A stretch of DNA of 64,000 nucleotides from Methanobacteriota archaeon (lineage in GTDB: Archaea > Thermoplasmatota > E2 > DHVEG-1), in contig CAVYNH010000006.1 of NCBI GenBank assembly GCA_963769885.1, positions 32,001 to 96,000 on the forward strand, read 5' to 3'. Position numbers and translations under genes: made by a program. The notes under the pieces were generated by a model. The model saw only the letters and a program-made list of their open reading frames with translations, ran no database searches and was not told where the DNA came from. Below are positions 1 to 8,935 of this stretch, piece after piece; position 1 is the first letter of the stretch, and every line of letters starts with the position of its first letter.

Positions 1-163
1 CCGACCACAGAATCGTCACGCTCACCAACGGCCGATCGAACACCGTCAACGTCACATACCACACCGCCAACAAACCAAACGTGACCACGACGGACGCGGT
101 ATCCTCCGGCTGCACATCCATCCGATGGATCAACCCCCGGACGCCTTCAAGAACGCTAGTCAT
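1..163 (-). CDS. 5' part of a membrane protein running off the window edge (MTSVLEGVRGLIHRMDVQPEDTASVVVTFGLLAVW...)
   Basis: Manually translated; ATG at 163-161 preceded by GGAGG; open to position 1; hydrophobic segment. Confidence 0.6.
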   Translation of the reverse strand, partial: MTSVLEGVRGLIHRMDVQPEDTASVVVTFGLLAVWYVTLTVFDRPLVSVTILWS

Positions 164-310
164 GTCTGCCTCCCGAATCCCCACGACGCTTCTTATAGTC
201 TCCCGAAAACCGAGAAGGATGAAGCCGTTTAATAATACCTATCCCATAAGCACCAGCGACGGAACCACAACCCTTCAAACCAGATCCCCTCCGCCAACAG
301 GCATGAAACC

Positions 311-1207
311 ATGGACGCCACCGACATAAGCCTCATCATGCTCCTCTCCGCCAACTCTCGGCTCCCCTACGCCGACCTCGCCGAACACCTCAACCTCTCC
401 GTCAACGCCGTCCACAAGCGCATCCAACAGCTCATCGACCTCGGCATCATCCGCGCCTTCACCGCCAAGGTCAGCCTCAACGCCGCCCACGCCGTCGTTG
501 TCTTCATCTCCGGCACCTCACACCTCCCCAGCTTCAAAGACCTCCCCGACCGACTCAAAGCCCAAGGCTCCATCTACTGGCTCGCCATCGGCGGCGGCAA
601 ATACCTCTACATCGGCGCTTACCTCAAAGACCTCACAAACCTCCCCGCCTTCACCGCCTACATCCAACAAGAAACCCAGATCCCCGAGCCGACCATCGGC
701 CTCATGGCCTTCCCCGCACACCCACCAGGCGCCGCCACTCCCATGCCCTCAGACCTCGACCTCCGTATCATCAACTCCCTCAAAGACAACGCCCGCAAAC
801 CCCTCTCCGACGTCGCCGCCGAACTCAACGTCTCCACCAAAACCATCCGCCGCCGCCTCACCCATATGACCACCCATACCCAAATCGAACTCAGCATCGA
901 ATGGTACCCGGACAAGACCAACGACATCATGACCCTCATCGACCTCCACCTCACCCCCGGCACCTCCCCCGCCATCGCCAACACTCTCGTCAAAAAATAC
1001 GCGCCCGCCATCCTCTTCTACTGGGCCTTCGCCAACCTCCCCACCACCATCACCCTCGCCGCCTGGACCAACACCATGAATGACCTCCAAACTCTCAGAG
1101 CCAACCTCGAAAAAGAACCAGGCATCGCCTCCGTCGTCCCCAACATCCTCTTCACCGGCTACATCTTCCCCACCTGGAGGGACCACCTCAGCCTTCCCCA
1201 TCCATGA
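311..1207 (+). CDS. Lrp/AsnC family transcriptional regulator with two HTH domains
   Basis: Two AsnC-type HTH segments (D..I...L..NSR.PYADLAEHLNLS...V.KRI and DL.II..L..NARKPLSDVA.ELNVS.KT.RRR). Confidence 0.9.
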   Translation: MDATDISLIMLLSANSRLPYADLAEHLNLSVNAVHKRIQQLIDLGIIRAFTAKVSLNAAHAVVVFISGTSHLPSFKDLPDRLKAQGSIYWLAIGGGKYLYIGAYLKDLTNLPAFTAYIQQETQIPEPTIGLMAFPAHPPGAATPMPSDLDLRIINSLKDNARKPLSDVAAELNVSTKTIRRRLTHMTTHTQIELSIEWYPDKTNDIMTLIDLHLTPGTSPAIANTLVKKYAPAILFYWAFANLPTTITLAAWTNTMNDLQTLRANLEKEPGIASVVPNILFTGYIFPTWRDHLSLPHP

Positions 1208-1334
1208 CCCGTTCATCACCTGCCCGTGTGAAAAACAAGACATCAGCAGCCTGAGGTCTGACCGTTCTTGCCACCACCCGGCTCACAAGAGCCTAAGACC
1301 CCCAGCGCAATAACCTATCCTCCAGTGATAGAAC

Positions 1335-2081
1335 ATGACTGAACCCACCCTCACCATCGACCACTTAAGCAAAACCTTCCACGACGTCACAGCCGTCGAC
1401 AACCTCAGTCTGCGCGTGGAGGCCGGCGAACTCTTCGGCCTCCTCGGTCCCAACGGCGCTGGCAAGACCACTACCATCCACATCCTCTGCGGGCTGCTTA
1501 AACCCACCGCCGGCACCGCCCGCGTCTGCGGTTTCGACATCCACACCCAGGCCCAGGAGATCAAGGACCGGATCGGCGTCTGCATCCAGGAGACCGCCGT
1601 CTACCCCTACCTCACCGGCACCGAGAACATCGACCTCTTCGGCAACCTCTACACGATGGACAAGAAAACCCTCCTCGTGCGACGTACGATGCTGCTGACA
1701 AAGATGGGGCTACTGGACGATGCGAACCGCAAGGCCGGCAAGTACAGCGGCGGGATGAAACGACGCCTCAGCGTCATCCTCGCCCTGATTCATGACCCCT
1801 CTGTCGCCTTTCTCGACGAGCCGACCGTCGCCATGGACCCCCAGTCGCGGCACGCCCTCTGGGACCTCATCAGAGAACTCAAGGGCAGCGGGAAGACCAT
1901 CGTCCTAACCACGCACTCCATGGAAGAGGCAGAGGCACTCTGCGACCGCGTCGGCATCATCGACCACGGCCGCCTCATCGCCCTAGGCTCACCCCGTCAA
2001 ATAATCGCAAGTCACCATGCAAAGAACCTTGAAGAGGTCTTCATCCAACTCACAGGCAGAACCATCAGGGAGGAGGCATAG
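1335..2081 (+). CDS. ABC-2 (DrrA-like) exporter ATP-binding protein
   Basis: Walker A GPNGAGKTT, signature YSGGMKRR, Walker B FLDEPT, H-loop TTH. Confidence 0.95.
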   Translation: MTEPTLTIDHLSKTFHDVTAVDNLSLRVEAGELFGLLGPNGAGKTTTIHILCGLLKPTAGTARVCGFDIHTQAQEIKDRIGVCIQETAVYPYLTGTENIDLFGNLYTMDKKTLLVRRTMLLTKMGLLDDANRKAGKYSGGMKRRLSVILALIHDPSVAFLDEPTVAMDPQSRHALWDLIRELKGSGKTIVLTTHSMEEAEALCDRVGIIDHGRLIALGSPRQIIASHHAKNLEEVFIQLTGRTIREEA

Positions 2082-2084
2082 ATC

Positions 2085-3234
2085 ATGAAGGCACAACGTA
2101 TCATCGCATTGACCAAGAAAGAGATGAAGAAGACGGTCCGGGAGCCTGCCGTACTCTTCATGATTTTCCTGTTCCCGGTCGTGTTCGTCTTCGCCTTCGG
2201 CGCCTCGTTCGGCGGCGGTGGAAGCACCCACCCCGTCTACAGCATCGGCGTCGTCAACCTCGACCGGGGTACTACTGGTTCCCAGATTCTCCTCGGCGCG
2301 ATGTCCAACACCACGATCCTCGATCTCCATCGGTATCTAGATAACAAGACTGCGAAGACCGAGCTTTCTCAGGGGCATCTGCAGGCTGTAATTGTTATCC
2401 CCCCAGAGTTCAGCCAGAGTCTCGCCTCGTACCTGGGCCGCGCCCGATACTCCGTCGGCGTGGACGAACGCGAGCATCACCCTTTACTTGGACAAGGGCT
2501 CTCTGGTTGCGACGCAGGCAATTCCGCCAATCATCCAACAAATCCTCACAAGGATGACGCATGACTATGAGGTGATCGCCAGCCCGTTCCAGTTGACCAC
2601 TGCGTCTCTTGTTGAGGTGAAGACGTCTTCGGCCCTTGACTTTCTCGCGCCGGGGATGTTCACCTTCGCTTCCATCTTCCTAATCATGATGGTCGCCCAG
2701 TCGTTTGCGCAGGACCGGGAGAACGGGATGATGCGCAGGATCAGGACCACGCCGACGACGCCCGCGGAGTTCATGGCCGGCCAGGTCATCTCTTACCTGG
2801 GGATTGCGTTGATTCAGGCAATCCTGGTGTTCCTCATGGTCTACCTCATGGGCTTCCGACCGGCTGTGGGCATCGTGGTGTACGCCTTCGCGTTCTTGGT
2901 CATCGTAATCTTTGCGCTGTCGAACATCGGGTTCGGGTTAATCACAGCGACGATCTCGCGGTCGTCTTCTGCGGCGACGGGGCTGTCCTTCTTGTTCGTG
3001 CTGCCGCAGCTATTCCTCGGGACCTTCGTCGGGGCGTCGCTGTCGGGCGCGGCGCAGACCGCGGGGCGGTTCGTACCAAGTTTCTATGTGACGGATGCGT
3101 TGACGTCGCTGTTCCTGCGTGGGGCGGGGATCTTGAGCGCCTCAATCTTGCTGGATGTGGCGGTGGTGTCGGTCTCATGCGTTGCCATCCTGATCGTTGG
3201 GATCGCGCTGTATGCGAAATACTACCGGATCTAA
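2085..3234 (+). CDS. ABC-2 permease with a +1 frameshift at about 2435-2437 (pseudogene or sequencing error)
   Basis: ORFs 2085-2564 and 2392-3234 join into one permease (LASYL-AAPDTPSAW) if one G is removed from ctgggcc. Confidence 0.85.
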
Positions 3235-3254
3235 ACGTGAAGTGTGGTGTTCGC

Positions 3255-3611
3255 ATGACTGATCTTGGTCGAATCGTCAAGGCGCTTCATGAGCGGATGA
3301 ATGCATCGGATGAGAAGGAGGTCTACCGGCAGCTGGAGAAGACATCCTGGTATCGGACCGGACTCGGGGTACGACTGGTAGGGAAGAAACCACCTGCCTT
3401 GTTCCTGGAGGTGACACTCCGACTTTCTTCGTCGGACGGGGCTGTGGATGTGGCGCGCCTGGAGAAAATAACGGCGGTTCTCCGCGGTCTTCAGGCGCGG
3501 TCGTATCTGCTGATGTATCATGACGGGGGAACGGTTGACTGCGAGAAGGCGGTGGAGGAAGAGAAGCTGCCCGAAGATTACGGGGCGCTCCGTGTGCTTC
3601 TAAGGGAGTAA
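3255..3611 (+). CDS. Hypothetical protein
   Basis: ATG after GGTG; globular-looking composition; followed by a T-rich tract. Confidence 0.65.
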   Translation: MTDLGRIVKALHERMNASDEKEVYRQLEKTSWYRTGLGVRLVGKKPPALFLEVTLRLSSSDGAVDVARLEKITAVLRGLQARSYLLMYHDGGTVDCEKAVEEEKLPEDYGALRVLLRE

Positions 3612-3616
3612 CCCGC

Positions 3617-3646
3617 CTCTTTTTTCCTCTACTTTTTATGTCTTTT
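3617..3646 (+). terminator. Archaeal oligo-T terminator
   Basis: Several T runs directly after the stop at 3611. Confidence 0.5.
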
Positions 3647-3711
3647 AAGGTGATTCCGCTGGGTCGGCACCCCCTACAGGCCGATCCACGGCGTGTCGGA
3701 CTCCTGAGAAT

Positions 3712-4020
3712 TTATCGTTTGACTTTTAGCTCGAAGACGACGGGGCGGATGCCATCGGTGCAGCAGGCGACCATCGTGTCCCGGTCCTTCATCCAACCGT
3801 CGAAGAGGCCCGAGGTGAACTCGCCGCCGGTGAGGAACGCGGCGACGTACGGGCCGAGGTCCTTCCACGCCCAGTCGCAGAACCCCTCCGGCTTCTCGTA
3901 CTCGGTGACGAACACCTGCCCCTCCGTGAACGCCGGGCACTTCTCCAGCGGGACGCCGACGTAATGCTGGAACTCCTTCTCAAGCAGCCGCTTTAATACC
4001 GTGATCTGAATCTTCACCAT
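3712..4020 (-). CDS. TIGR04076 family protein
   Basis: C..F..GQ.F, PEGFC..AW and ACCTDGIRPVVF motifs. Confidence 0.85.
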   Translation of the reverse strand: MVKIQITVLKRLLEKEFQHYVGVPLEKCPAFTEGQVFVTEYEKPEGFCDWAWKDLGPYVAAFLTGGEFTSGLFDGWMKDRDTMVACCTDGIRPVVFELKVKR

Positions 4021-4141
4021 AGGAAATCACCTACGGGGAGGCGTAGACGTTTCCTGCTTAAGAGGATTCCTTCATGCTCCCGTGAGAACCTTTTTCAAGA
4101 CGGCACCACATACCCACCCCATCCGGGAGAGGAGCCACCCC

Positions 4142-5569
4142 TTGAGACAGACCATCGCCTTCGTCGAACCACCGCACGAAAGTTGGTTCGTCATGGGCGA
4201 ATACCTCGCACCGCCCTCCACCCTCCTCATCCTCGCCGCCTACGTCGAACGCGAACTCCCCGATATCGACCTCCACATCATCGACTGCCAGGCAGAAGCC
4301 CTCGACTGGACCGGCCTCGACCGCCGCCTCCGCAGCCTCGACCCCACCGTAGTCCTCGCCTCCGGCTTCACTACCAACGCCTACGCCTGCGCCAAGGTCA
4401 TCGAGACCGCGAAAATGGTGAACCCGGACGTCACCACCATCGCCGGCGGCATCCACTTCTCCTTCACCCCAGACGAGTCACTCACCGCCTACCCTGAGAT
4501 CGACTACATCGTCCGCGGCGAAGGCGAACAGACCCTTACCCACCTCCTCACCGCCCTCGCACACCAGGAAAAACCACACACCGTCCAAGGCATCTCCTAC
4601 CGCCACAACGGCACCGTCGTCCACACCCCACCCCGGCTCCTCATCGAGAACCTCGACTCCCTCCCCTATCCTGCGTACCATCTCCTGGAAAAAACCCTGC
4701 GCCGCTACCACTTCACGATGATGGCAGGCCGCCGCACCCCCTACATGATCCTGGAGAGCGCCCGCGGCTGCGACCACCGCTGCACCTTCTGCACCCAATG
4801 GAACCACTGGGGCGCCCGATGGCGCACCAAATCCCCACAACGCATCGCGGACGAACTCGAGTTCCTCAACGAGACCTACGGCGGCGTCTTCTTCATGTTC
4901 AGCGACAACCACATGAACCTGCGGCAGCGCGGAGCCCCGCTCGCTGAAGCCATCCACCACAAAAGCTGCAGAGACGACATCATGCTCTTCTTCCAGGCAC
5001 GCGTCGACGACATCGCCGCCCACCCCGACACCCTCCAGCGGCTCCGCGACGTCGGCACCTTCTGGATCCTCACCGGCGTCGAAACCAACCAACAAGAGAC
5101 ACTCGCCCAGTACCGCAAAGGCATCACCCCGACCAACGCCTACGACGCCATGAAAGTGATGCGACAAAACGACATCTTCTCCCACGCCATGTTCGTCATC
5201 GGCTCCCGCACCGACACCCACCAGACCATCGAAGGCCTCCGACAATACTCCCACGATGTCGAGCCTGACTTTCTCATCTACACCGTCCTGACCCCCTTCC
5301 CCGGCACCGTCTATTATACCACCGCCAAAGCCAACGGATGGATCCACGACACCAACTACACCCACTACGACATGGTCCACGCCATCATGCCCACCGAGAC
5401 CCTCACCCGCCAAGAAGTCCAAGAAGAACTCTGGCGCTGCTACCAATCCGCCTACGGCTCCCTGACCAAAAACATTGTAGCATCGCTCTCAAAGAACAAG
5501 CTCAAACGCACCCTTTACCGCCACATGGCAGGTCAGTTCGTCCTCGAAAAACTCAGGAGGCTCATCTAA
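4142..5569 (+). CDS. Cobalamin-dependent (B12-binding) radical SAM protein, BchE-like
   Basis: N-terminal B12 domain (GGIH.S, GEGE), CDHRCTFC CxxxCxxC, TPFPGT; TTG start after GAGGAG. Confidence 0.92.
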   Translation: MRQTIAFVEPPHESWFVMGEYLAPPSTLLILAAYVERELPDIDLHIIDCQAEALDWTGLDRRLRSLDPTVVLASGFTTNAYACAKVIETAKMVNPDVTTIAGGIHFSFTPDESLTAYPEIDYIVRGEGEQTLTHLLTALAHQEKPHTVQGISYRHNGTVVHTPPRLLIENLDSLPYPAYHLLEKTLRRYHFTMMAGRRTPYMILESARGCDHRCTFCTQWNHWGARWRTKSPQRIADELEFLNETYGGVFFMFSDNHMNLRQRGAPLAEAIHHKSCRDDIMLFFQARVDDIAAHPDTLQRLRDVGTFWILTGVETNQQETLAQYRKGITPTNAYDAMKVMRQNDIFSHAMFVIGSRTDTHQTIEGLRQYSHDVEPDFLIYTVLTPFPGTVYYTTAKANGWIHDTNYTHYDMVHAIMPTETLTRQEVQEELWRCYQSAYGSLTKNIVASLSKNKLKRTLYRHMAGQFVLEKLRRLI

Positions 5570-6237
5570 CGCCGAGCAAGATCGCCCTCGAATACCTCGC
5601 CTTTTCCCTCCTCGCCGCTGTCCTCCTCCTCACCCTCGTCCTCTTCTCCCCAGCCTCAGCGCCCTCGCCGACCACCCTCCTCACCATTGGCGTCGCCTTC
5701 ATTGCCTGCTGTCTCCTCGGCATCTCACGAACCCTCAAACCAAACCTCCTCCGCAAACGACCTATACAACAACCCGACACCCGTCACACCCGCGCCTTCC
5801 AGGGGCACCATCCAGACTGCCCCACCTTCAGTACACATACCTACCGCTATCGCGGTAAGACCCGGTGCACCGGCTGCCTGGGCGTCACCCTCGGCCTCCT
5901 CGCCGCCCTCAGCCTCATGACCATCAGCATACTCCTCCCTCTCCACTTCTCCCCGAGCCTCCCGTGGTTCAGTCTCGGCCTCCTCATGATCCTCATCCCC
6001 TATCTCGAGATTCTCCGCGGCCACCGCCGCAACCTCCACATCCTAGCTAACAGCCTGCTCGCCCCGGGCTTCGCCCTCATCGTCCTCACAATCACCCAGC
6101 ACACCGACAGCCTCGTCTTCGGCCTCTTCGCCCTCCTCCTCTGCTTCCTATGGATGGAGACCAGAATCCAGCTCTCACACTGGCGGCATGTCCAACTGTG
6201 TGCCGCCTGCAGCGAACCCTGCAAAAACTACCAATGA
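5569..6237 (+). CDS. Polytopic membrane protein with Cys/His clusters (loosely DUF2085-like); apparent ACG start
   Basis: About 6 TM segments; GHHPDC...CTGC and HWRH..LCAAC..PC; AGGAGG 8 nt before an in-frame ACG overlapping the upstream TAA. Confidence 0.7.
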   Translation, partial: TPSKIALEYLAFSLLAAVLLLTLVLFSPASAPSPTTLLTIGVAFIACCLLGISRTLKPNLLRKRPIQQPDTRHTRAFQGHHPDCPTFSTHTYRYRGKTRCTGCLGVTLGLLAALSLMTISILLPLHFSPSLPWFSLGLLMILIPYLEILRGHRRNLHILANSLLAPGFALIVLTITQHTDSLVFGLFALLLCFLWMETRIQLSHWRHVQLCAACSEPCKNYQ

Positions 6238-6247
6238 CCCAAACGTC

Positions 6248-6598
6248 CTAGCGCTTCATGAGGATGCGAACACCGAGCAAGATAACCAATAGTGCCACGA
6301 TGCCGCCGAAAACCCAGCCCCACTCAAAGGAATTCACCCACGAGAGACCAGAATAGGTCTTCGCCCATTCCTTCAGCACGACCTCGAAAAAGATCGCCAG
6401 GCCGACTAAAATAATGATGACGCCCCAGAAGACCCGCCAGGCGTGATGCCCCGGCCCACCGCCGCAATCTTCCTCGCAGCGCTCATCACGATGCCGCCGA
6501 TAGTCCTCAGGGGTCATGCCCTTCATGGGGGCTCCACAGCTCTTACAAAACTGAGCATCATCTTCATTCTTTATTCCACAACGTGGGCAATATGCCAT
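6248..6598 (-). CDS. Zinc-ribbon domain membrane protein
   Basis: MAYCPRCG...FCKSCG followed by two TM helices; GGAGG upstream. Confidence 0.85.
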   Translation of the reverse strand: MAYCPRCGIKNEDDAQFCKSCGAPMKGMTPEDYRRHRDERCEEDCGGGPGHHAWRVFWGVIIILVGLAIFFEVVLKEWAKTYSGLSWVNSFEWGWVFGGIVALLVILLGVRILMKR

Positions 6599-6762
6599 TC
6601 CTTGAACCTCCAACGCATTGGATAGAATATCCTCGGACTTGGAACAATCCACTCCCTTTTATCATTTTCCGAAAGGCTTTTCTCCATACTCCAGAGTGGG
6701 AAGGAAAATTTAATAGCATACCCAGCATTAATCGCCTCAAGAAAAAAAAGAGGATGGAAGAG

Positions 6763-7056
6763 ATGCGCAAGAACCACGTGATAGTACTCATATTCATAGG
6801 AATCGTTGCCGTTACCGCCTCCTACAGTGGCTGCCTGAAGAAATCGCCAGGGCCCACGGCTGAAGTATCCACAGGGACCTGCGCCCAGCTCGGCGGCTAT
6901 ATCTGCAACGAGACGCAAGACTGTAACGGCACCTGGTTGGACGCCAACGACACGTTCCGTTGTTGCAGCTGTGAATGCGGCCAGCTCACCTACGAAAGCC
7001 TTGTTCCTGACACGTTTGACGAACCTACCGATGACGCCCTGGAGGACATCACATGA
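6763..7056 (+). CDS. Small Cys-rich lipoprotein
   Basis: Signal peptide ending SGC; TCAQLGGYIC...C...CCSCEC; ATGA overlap with the next gene. Confidence 0.75.
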   Translation: MRKNHVIVLIFIGIVAVTASYSGCLKKSPGPTAEVSTGTCAQLGGYICNETQDCNGTWLDANDTFRCCSCECGQLTYESLVPDTFDEPTDDALEDIT

Positions 7057-7357
7057 GCAGAACACCGTTCCTCGTTCTGCTCCTGGCCGCGGTGCTCGTC
7101 GCCCCCTGCTTTGGCGCCACGGAGTACCCCATCCTAGACAAGCAGGTGGAGATCCGCCATGCACACCTCGCCTGGATCGGGGCCGTCCAGGAAGTCCGGA
7201 TGCAGGCCGCTATCTCTTACATCGACACAATCAGCGCCGGCCAGGGGACCCAGACCCTCATCACGCTTTCGAACACGTTCAAGGAGCAGGTCGATAATCT
7301 GCAGTCCCTGACCACGCATGCGGCGTTGGATGCGGCGCTCGTTCAGAGTGACATCCT

Positions 7358-7377
7358 CCCCGGCATAAATGCCGGGG
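7358..7377. repeat. IS200 right-end hairpin
   Basis: ccccggcat-aa-atgccgggg perfect inverted repeat. Confidence 0.9.
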
Positions 7378-7387
7378 CTTCCGGGGG

Positions 7388-7822
7388 TTAGGCTGTCCCC
7401 GGAAACCCGTCAAGGGTGGCTTGTTGGAATCGATGGTTTCTGACGTAGTTGATCACGGTTTCTGTATTGGCGTCGCCAATGGTGCGGAAGAATTTCCCGG
7501 GGCTCCAGAAGGCTCCCCGGGGGTACCGCATTCGGAAGGCGGGAATCCGTAGGAAGATCTCATGGGAGGAGGCTCCTTTGAGGAGGTGGAGGGCGGAGGA
7601 GACGCTCATGGTCGCCGGGAGGCCGGCAACCAGGTGGATGTGGTCCGGCATCACACTGAGTTCGATGACGGTGATGTGATGCCGTGCTGCTACATCACGC
7701 ACCACATTCTCGATTAGTTTTTGGATTTCCTCCCGTCGCATCATGTGGTAGCGGTATTTCGGGCACCATTCCAAATGGTATATATTCTGGCCTACGCTAT
7801 GGCTACTGCTAATAAGTTCCAT
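7388..7822 (-). CDS. tnpA: IS200/IS605 Y1 transposase
   Basis: YHLEWCPKYR, HUH motif DHIH, LKG.SS, FWS..F, catalytic Tyr in INYVRN. Confidence 0.95.
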   Translation of the reverse strand: MELISSSHSVGQNIYHLEWCPKYRYHMMRREEIQKLIENVVRDVAARHHITVIELSVMPDHIHLVAGLPATMSVSSALHLLKGASSHEIFLRIPAFRMRYPRGAFWSPGKFFRTIGDANTETVINYVRNHRFQQATLDGFPGTA

Positions 7823-7920
7823 ACAAGATGTCCTGGGCAGGTGCTTCAGAGCGCCCGCGACTGCGGGCGCGTCCACCCAGTACGTGGTAACGAATTTTTG
7901 AAGAAAAATGACGCGATTCA

Positions 7921-7942
7921 TCCCCACGCTAAAGCATGGGGA
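7921..7942. repeat. IS200 left-end hairpin
   Basis: tccccacgct-aa-agcatgggga imperfect inverted repeat. Confidence 0.85.
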
Positions 7943-8734
7943 TTTCTCGCTTAGAAGACATTAAGACCACGAACGCGAACTTTAAAAACGAGCTTCAGAC
8001 CCAGCGCGATGCTTACCACGGTACGGCTATCGCCCTCCGCTGGGCGATTCAGACCGCCCTCGATGAAAACGCGACGATGTTGGATGGACTCAAGAATGCC
8101 TATTGGTCGTTGAGGACCACGGACGAGTTAGCTATCTTCGACTTGAGGGTGGACAATGCCCAGACCATTCTGAACACTTTAAGTGACAAAGGCTATAATA
8201 CCACGGAAGCCCAGGGGATCCTTGACGGGATCCAGGCGATGCGGACCGATCTTGAGGCCGCGCTGAATGCCCATGATCAGACGGCGGTCCACGCGGTCAA
8301 CGTACGGATTTATGACCAGTCTGTGATTTTGCGGGCGACCGTGCGGGCGCTGCAGGTTCAGGTCCCGCAGGAGCTGCGTCTTCGGTACTGGATTGAGGTC
8401 GGCGGTCGGGCGTTGAACCGAACTGCGGTTATTCTCTCTGAGCTTGAGGGGCTGGGGTTGAACGTCACGAAGCTTCAGGCGACGCAGGACCAAGCGGTGA
8501 TCGACCTGGGCCGTGCCCAACAGTCGTATCTCGCCGGGGATCTGACCGGGACTCGGAGTGCGTTGTCTGACCTGCGGCTGGATCTTTTATCGATGAGGGA
8601 GGCGTACCACGATCTCATCCTTGGTGGCGCGGTGTCTGGGATGGAGAAGACGACGGTCGAGCATGTGGTTACGGCGTTGGACGATACGACGGTAGGGTTG
8701 GCTGAGGGGACGGCAGAGGCGCCCTAGTCTGCCT

Positions 8735-8752
8735 CCTTTTTTTTCTTTATTT
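8735..8752 (+). terminator. Oligo-T terminator
   Basis: Long T run after the stop at 8727. Confidence 0.5.
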
Positions 8753-8935
8753 GGTCGTGAGTTTCGTGAAGTGGGTTCCATTCCCGGGGTACCGTTCCAT
8801 TTCCCTGGGTTCAAGGTTTTCATTCCGTGGTTGACGGTTGATCTGCTTCCCGCCAGGCTGCCGTACCGGACTCCTCCTCATCTGAAGTAAAAAGAGAGAA
8901 AAAGAAGAGAATGCGGTGAGGTCGCTTTACGGTGT

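Larger units (their letters stand above)
7348..7960 (-). mobile_element. IS200/IS605-family element, tnpA only (613 bp), inserted 3' of TTAA with no target duplication
   Basis: Subterminal hairpins at 7921-7942 and 7358-7377; left guide AAAT 15 nt from TTAA; right guide GAAG with TCAC end. Confidence 0.92.
7053..8727 (+). pseudogene. Secreted alpha-helical protein (353 aa when restored) interrupted by IS200
   Basis: Joining 7053-7347 to 7961-8727 gives one open frame ...LDAALVQIKTTNANFKNEL...; N-terminal signal peptide. Confidence 0.85.

Noticed and set aside
7348-7960. TnpB/omegaRNA or IStron cargo in the IS
   Set aside because: The element is only 613 bp and the tnpA stop abuts the right hairpin, leaving no room
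8773-8810. Two copies of GTTCCATT(T)CCC as a mini CRISPR
   Set aside because: Only two short copies with a spacer under 10 nt and no cas genes
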